This document shows positions 61,049 through 64,000 of a stretch of 64,000 bases of DNA, in pieces. Each line of letters starts with the position of its first letter. The stretch's first letter is position 1. Made by a program: the position numbers and the translations under genes. Origin of the DNA: Acidobacteria bacterium UBA2999 (lineage in GTDB: Bacteria; Acidobacteriota; Vicinamibacteria; Vicinamibacterales; UBA2999); assembly GCA_002346475.1 (NCBI GenBank), contig DDZV01000005.1, positions 2,393 through 66,392 on the forward strand, given 5' to 3'. Below the pieces are notes generated by a model. It saw nothing but the letters and a program-made list of their open reading frames with translations. It searched no databases and was not told the DNA's origin.

Positions 61049-64000
61049 ATGAGTGTCCCACGCGTTGCAGTATCACGTCCCGTTACGATGTTTATGGTGA
61101 GCATCGTGATTGTACTGCTTGGTGCAATTTCACTCTTTCAACTGCCTGTCGATCTTCTTCCAGAAATCGAGTATCCAGCACTCACAATTAATGTGACGTA
61201 CGAAGGCGTTGGCCCTCTGGAGATTGAAGAACTTGTTACGAGACCAATAGAGCAGGCAGTGAGTGCTGTCTCTGGTCTCGATCAGCTGACGTCAACTTCT
61301 AGCGAAGGGCAAAGCACTGTTCAGTTGGGGTTTACGTGGAGCACTGATCTGAGCGAAGCGGTTGAGGATGTACGCAGCCGTCTCGACCTTGTTCGTAATG
61401 GGTTGCCTGAAGATGCTAGCGCTCCGACAATTTTTAAGTTCAGTGGGGATGCTGTACCAATTCTTTTTTTGGGAGTCGATGGCAATTTTGATCCCGTGAT
61501 GTTACGAGAAATTGCTGAAAATGACGTGGCCCCTCGCCTTGAGCGTGTACCAGGGGTTGCTGTAGTTAATGTAGTCGGCGGACAGCGACGTGAAATTCGA
61601 TTAGAGCTGTCACGTGAAAAAATTGCTGCGTTCAATATTGCCCCGGACCGTGTGATCAACGTGCTACGTGCCGCCAACCAAAATATTCCAGTTGGAGAGA
61701 TCGACGAAGGGGACACGACGTATCTCGTACGTAGCCAAGGCCAGTTTAGAAACCTTGAAGATATTAAGAGCTTAGCTGTTACGACTCGTGACGGGGTTCC
61801 AATCTACGTGCGTGATATCGCAGACGTTCGTGATACCACCGAGGATCTTCGTTCGATTGTTCGTATTAATGGCCGCCCTGGGTTGCAGATGTCTGTAACG
61901 AAGCAGTCCGGCCAGAATACAATTGCGGTCGCTCGTCTCGTACGAGAAGAACTCGTAAGAGTTAATCGCCAAGTTCCTGGAATCGAAGTTTCAGTTCTTA
62001 ATGACACCTCTGAATTCATTGAACGGTCTGTCTCCAGTGTTCAGAAGATGGTGTCGGTAGGTGCTTTGTTCGTTATATTCGTGGTCTTTACTTTCCTACG
62101 GAATTTTCGCTCAACACTAGTTATTTGTTCATCAATTCCCATTTCAATCATTGGGACATTTGCACTGTTGTACTTTGGTGGTTATACGCTCAACACTCTT
62201 ACCTTTGGTGGTCTTGCCCTTGGTGTTGGGATGATTGTTGATTCTGCAATTGTCGTGCTTGAAAACACATACCGTCACATGGAACAAGGGAAGGATCGCA
62301 TCACTGCTTCTGTAAGCGGCAGTGAAGAGGTCTGGACTGCCATTGTTGCATCTAGCTTGACGCAGGTTGCTGTTTTTGTCCCGCTACTGTTCTTGACGGG
62401 TATTGCCAGCATCATGTTTGGGGGTCTAGCTGTTGTTGTCATTTTCTCTTTAACGGTCTCACTCTTTGTTGCAGTAACACTGGTTCCAGTGCTTTGTTCC
62501 CGGTTGTTGCACTTACCGACACCTACAGAGAATCCTGGTGCAGTGCATCGATTTATCGAAGTGAGCGGACGGATGTTTGAGGCCGTGGATGCTGTGTATA
62601 GGCGTGTCCTGCTCAAGGCTCTCGCTCATCGTGCATTAGTTGTAGTGTCGGTGACCGTACTGTTTATCACCTCCATTGGGTTGCTTCCAATTGTTGGTTT
62701 TGAACTTGCGCCGTCTGCAGATGAAGGGGAAGTGGACGTTATTGCTGAGTTACCTGTTGGTACTCGTATTGAGCGTTCGCAAGAGGCCCTTGTGCAAATT
62801 GAGGAAATGATTCGGCGTGCTGTCCCAGAGCTGGAAATGCTTACTGCACAAACTGGGTCGACTCGTCCGTTTGGTCCAGGGGCACAATCTACTTCCCACC
62901 GGTTGACCTTTACGGCCACTCTTGTTCCACGTGACCAGCGGACTCGATCCAGTGAAGACATTGCTCAGTCACTTCGTCGCGAACTTACGGGTGTGCCAGG
63001 TGTCATTCCCCGGGTTCGTGCGGGTGGCGGGCAGTTTAATTTCAGTCAAGTGCTTGGTGGAGGTGGGAGCAGTCTGTCAGTTGAAATTAGAGGGCATGAT
63101 CTTAACGATCAGGCACGTCTTGGGAGCGATATCAAAGATGTCATGATGAGTACTCCTGGCGTTACGGATGTCTCACTTGAGTCCGAGCGAGGCCGTCCAG
63201 AAATCGGTGTGCTGACTGATGAACGTCGCGCAGCACTCTGGGGACTTTCAGTCACTGATGTAGCAAATGCAATGCGCACTGGTGTTGCGGGAACACAGGC
63301 AGCATTTTATCGAGAACGTGGAAACGAATACCCAATCGTCGTACGCATGCAAGAAGAAGATCGTTTAAAGATGTCAGATGTGGGTGAAATGCTTATCAAT
63401 ACTGGCGATGGAGTACTGCCGGTCAAGGATCTCATTCAACTCGGTCCTCAAGATGGGCCAGTCGAAATTCGTCGTAGGAATCAAGAACGTGTCAGTCGTG
63501 TGAATGCAGAACTTGAGACGATGTTAAATGAGGCAGTGCAAGGAGTGGATGCTCGGTTGGCTGGCGTGGAAATCCCGCAAGGCTTTGTTATTGGTTTTGG
63601 TGATGAAGTCCAGGAACAAAATGACGTATTTGAACAGTTAGTGCTTGTTCTTATACTTGCGGTGGTGCTTGTTTATGCTGTGATGGCTTCTCAGTTCGAG
63701 TCACTGAGGGATCCGTTCATTATTATGTTTTCGATCCCGTTTGCTGTGATCGGGGTTATCTGGTCACTTTTACTGACTGGCACACCGTTAAGTATGCCAG
63801 CGGGTATTGGGCTGGTGTTGCTTGCGGGGCTTGTTGTCAATAACGCGATCCTGTTAGTTGACTATACGAATACTTTACGTCGTCGTGACAAGATGCCTCT
63901 CTTTGAAGCGATTGAGACGGCAGGTCGAACCCGACTCCGTCCGATTCTTATGACATCTATTACGACAATGTTAGGACTGAGTCCGATGGCGCTGGGCATC
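61049..64000 (+). CDS. RND (HAE1/AcrB-type) efflux permease, C-terminus beyond window
   Basis: Translated by hand from ATG 61049: MSVPRVAVSRPVTMFMVSIVIVLLGAISLFQLPVDLLPEIEYPALTINVTYEGVGP... Later segments read GLALGVGMIVDSAIVVLEN and RPILMTSITTMLGLSPMALGI at the edge. The frame is open for 984 codons. It is absent from the track because there is no stop. Confidence 0.9.
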   Translation, partial: MSVPRVAVSRPVTMFMVSIVIVLLGAISLFQLPVDLLPEIEYPALTINVTYEGVGPLEIEELVTRPIEQAVSAVSGLDQLTSTSSEGQSTVQLGFTWSTDLSEAVEDVRSRLDLVRNGLPEDASAPTIFKFSGDAVPILFLGVDGNFDPVMLREIAENDVAPRLERVPGVAVVNVVGGQRREIRLELSREKIAAFNIAPDRVINVLRAANQNIPVGEIDEGDTTYLVRSQGQFRNLEDIKSLAVTTRDGVPIYVRDIADVRDTTEDLRSIVRINGRPGLQMSVTKQSGQNTIAVARLVREELVRVNRQVPGIEVSVLNDTSEFIERSVSSVQKMVSVGALFVIFVVFTFLRNFRSTLVICSSIPISIIGTFALLYFGGYTLNTLTFGGLALGVGMIVDSAIVVLENTYRHMEQGKDRITASVSGSEEVWTAIVASSLTQVAVFVPLLFLTGIASIMFGGLAVVVIFSLTVSLFVAVTLVPVLCSRLLHLPTPTENPGAVHRFIEVSGRMFEAVDAVYRRVLLKALAHRALVVVSVTVLFITSIGLLPIVGFELAPSADEGEVDVIAELPVGTRIERSQEALVQIEEMIRRAVPELEMLTAQTGSTRPFGPGAQSTSHRLTFTATLVPRDQRTRSSEDIAQSLRRELTGVPGVIPRVRAGGGQFNFSQVLGGGGSSLSVEIRGHDLNDQARLGSDIKDVMMSTPGVTDVSLESERGRPEIGVLTDERRAALWGLSVTDVANAMRTGVAGTQAAFYRERGNEYPIVVRMQEEDRLKMSDVGEMLINTGDGVLPVKDLIQLGPQDGPVEIRRRNQERVSRVNAELETMLNEAVQGVDARLAGVEIPQGFVIGFGDEVQEQNDVFEQLVLVLILAVVLVYAVMASQFESLRDPFIIMFSIPFAVIGVIWSLLLTGTPLSMPAGIGLVLLAGLVVNNAILLVDYTNTLRRRDKMPLFEAIETAGRTRLRPILMTSITTMLGLSPMALGI

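Noticed and set aside
1-64000. I looked for CRISPR arrays, transposases, integrases, phage genes, toxin-antitoxin pairs and known defence-system signatures.
   Set aside because: I saw no regularly spaced direct repeats and no ORF with recognisable motifs of these classes (DDE transposase, tyrosine or serine recombinase, Cas, restriction-modification, and so on). The window reads as housekeeping and transport genes. This was a reading by eye, not a computed repeat search.

Overview
This 64 kb window is densely coding and reads as chromosomal core genome from a diderm bacterium. The diderm call rests on a TonB-dependent receptor, an RND pump and lipoproteins. GC looks moderate by eye (not computed), and the lineage cannot be assigned from sequence alone. 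I saw no transposase, integrase, CRISPR array or obvious defence genes.

Recognisable blocks, in order:
- A truncated rhodanese (sseA-like), htpX, an acyl desaturase and a HemQ-like protein.
- An FTR1 permease and pxpA.
- A complete arginine cluster: argC-B-D-J-F, divergent from argR-argH, with tandem ARG boxes between them.
- fabI and queC/queD.
- A metal locus: a DtxR-family repressor fused in frame to a signal-peptide-bearing beta-rich domain, divergent from a Tat-exported two-domain multicopper oxidase and an N-terminally extended ZIP permease.
- A CysM-Mec(JAMM)-CysO-MoeZ cysteine module, directly followed by a full iscRSUA-hscBA-fdx-iscX operon.
- A PDZ protein followed by two CPA-like membrane proteins.
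- mqnD and mqnE of the futalosine pathway, flanking a B12-riboswitch-controlled TonB receptor/ABC uptake operon.
- nadA, moeA/moaB and tRNA-Arg(ACG).
- An acyl-CoA ligase and a tannase-family esterase.
- An RND efflux pair whose adaptor carries two C-terminal SPOR domains.

The most unusual item is the DtxR-fusion / multicopper oxidase / ZIP locus. All functional calls come from motif recognition by eye on the supplied translations. No database search was run.
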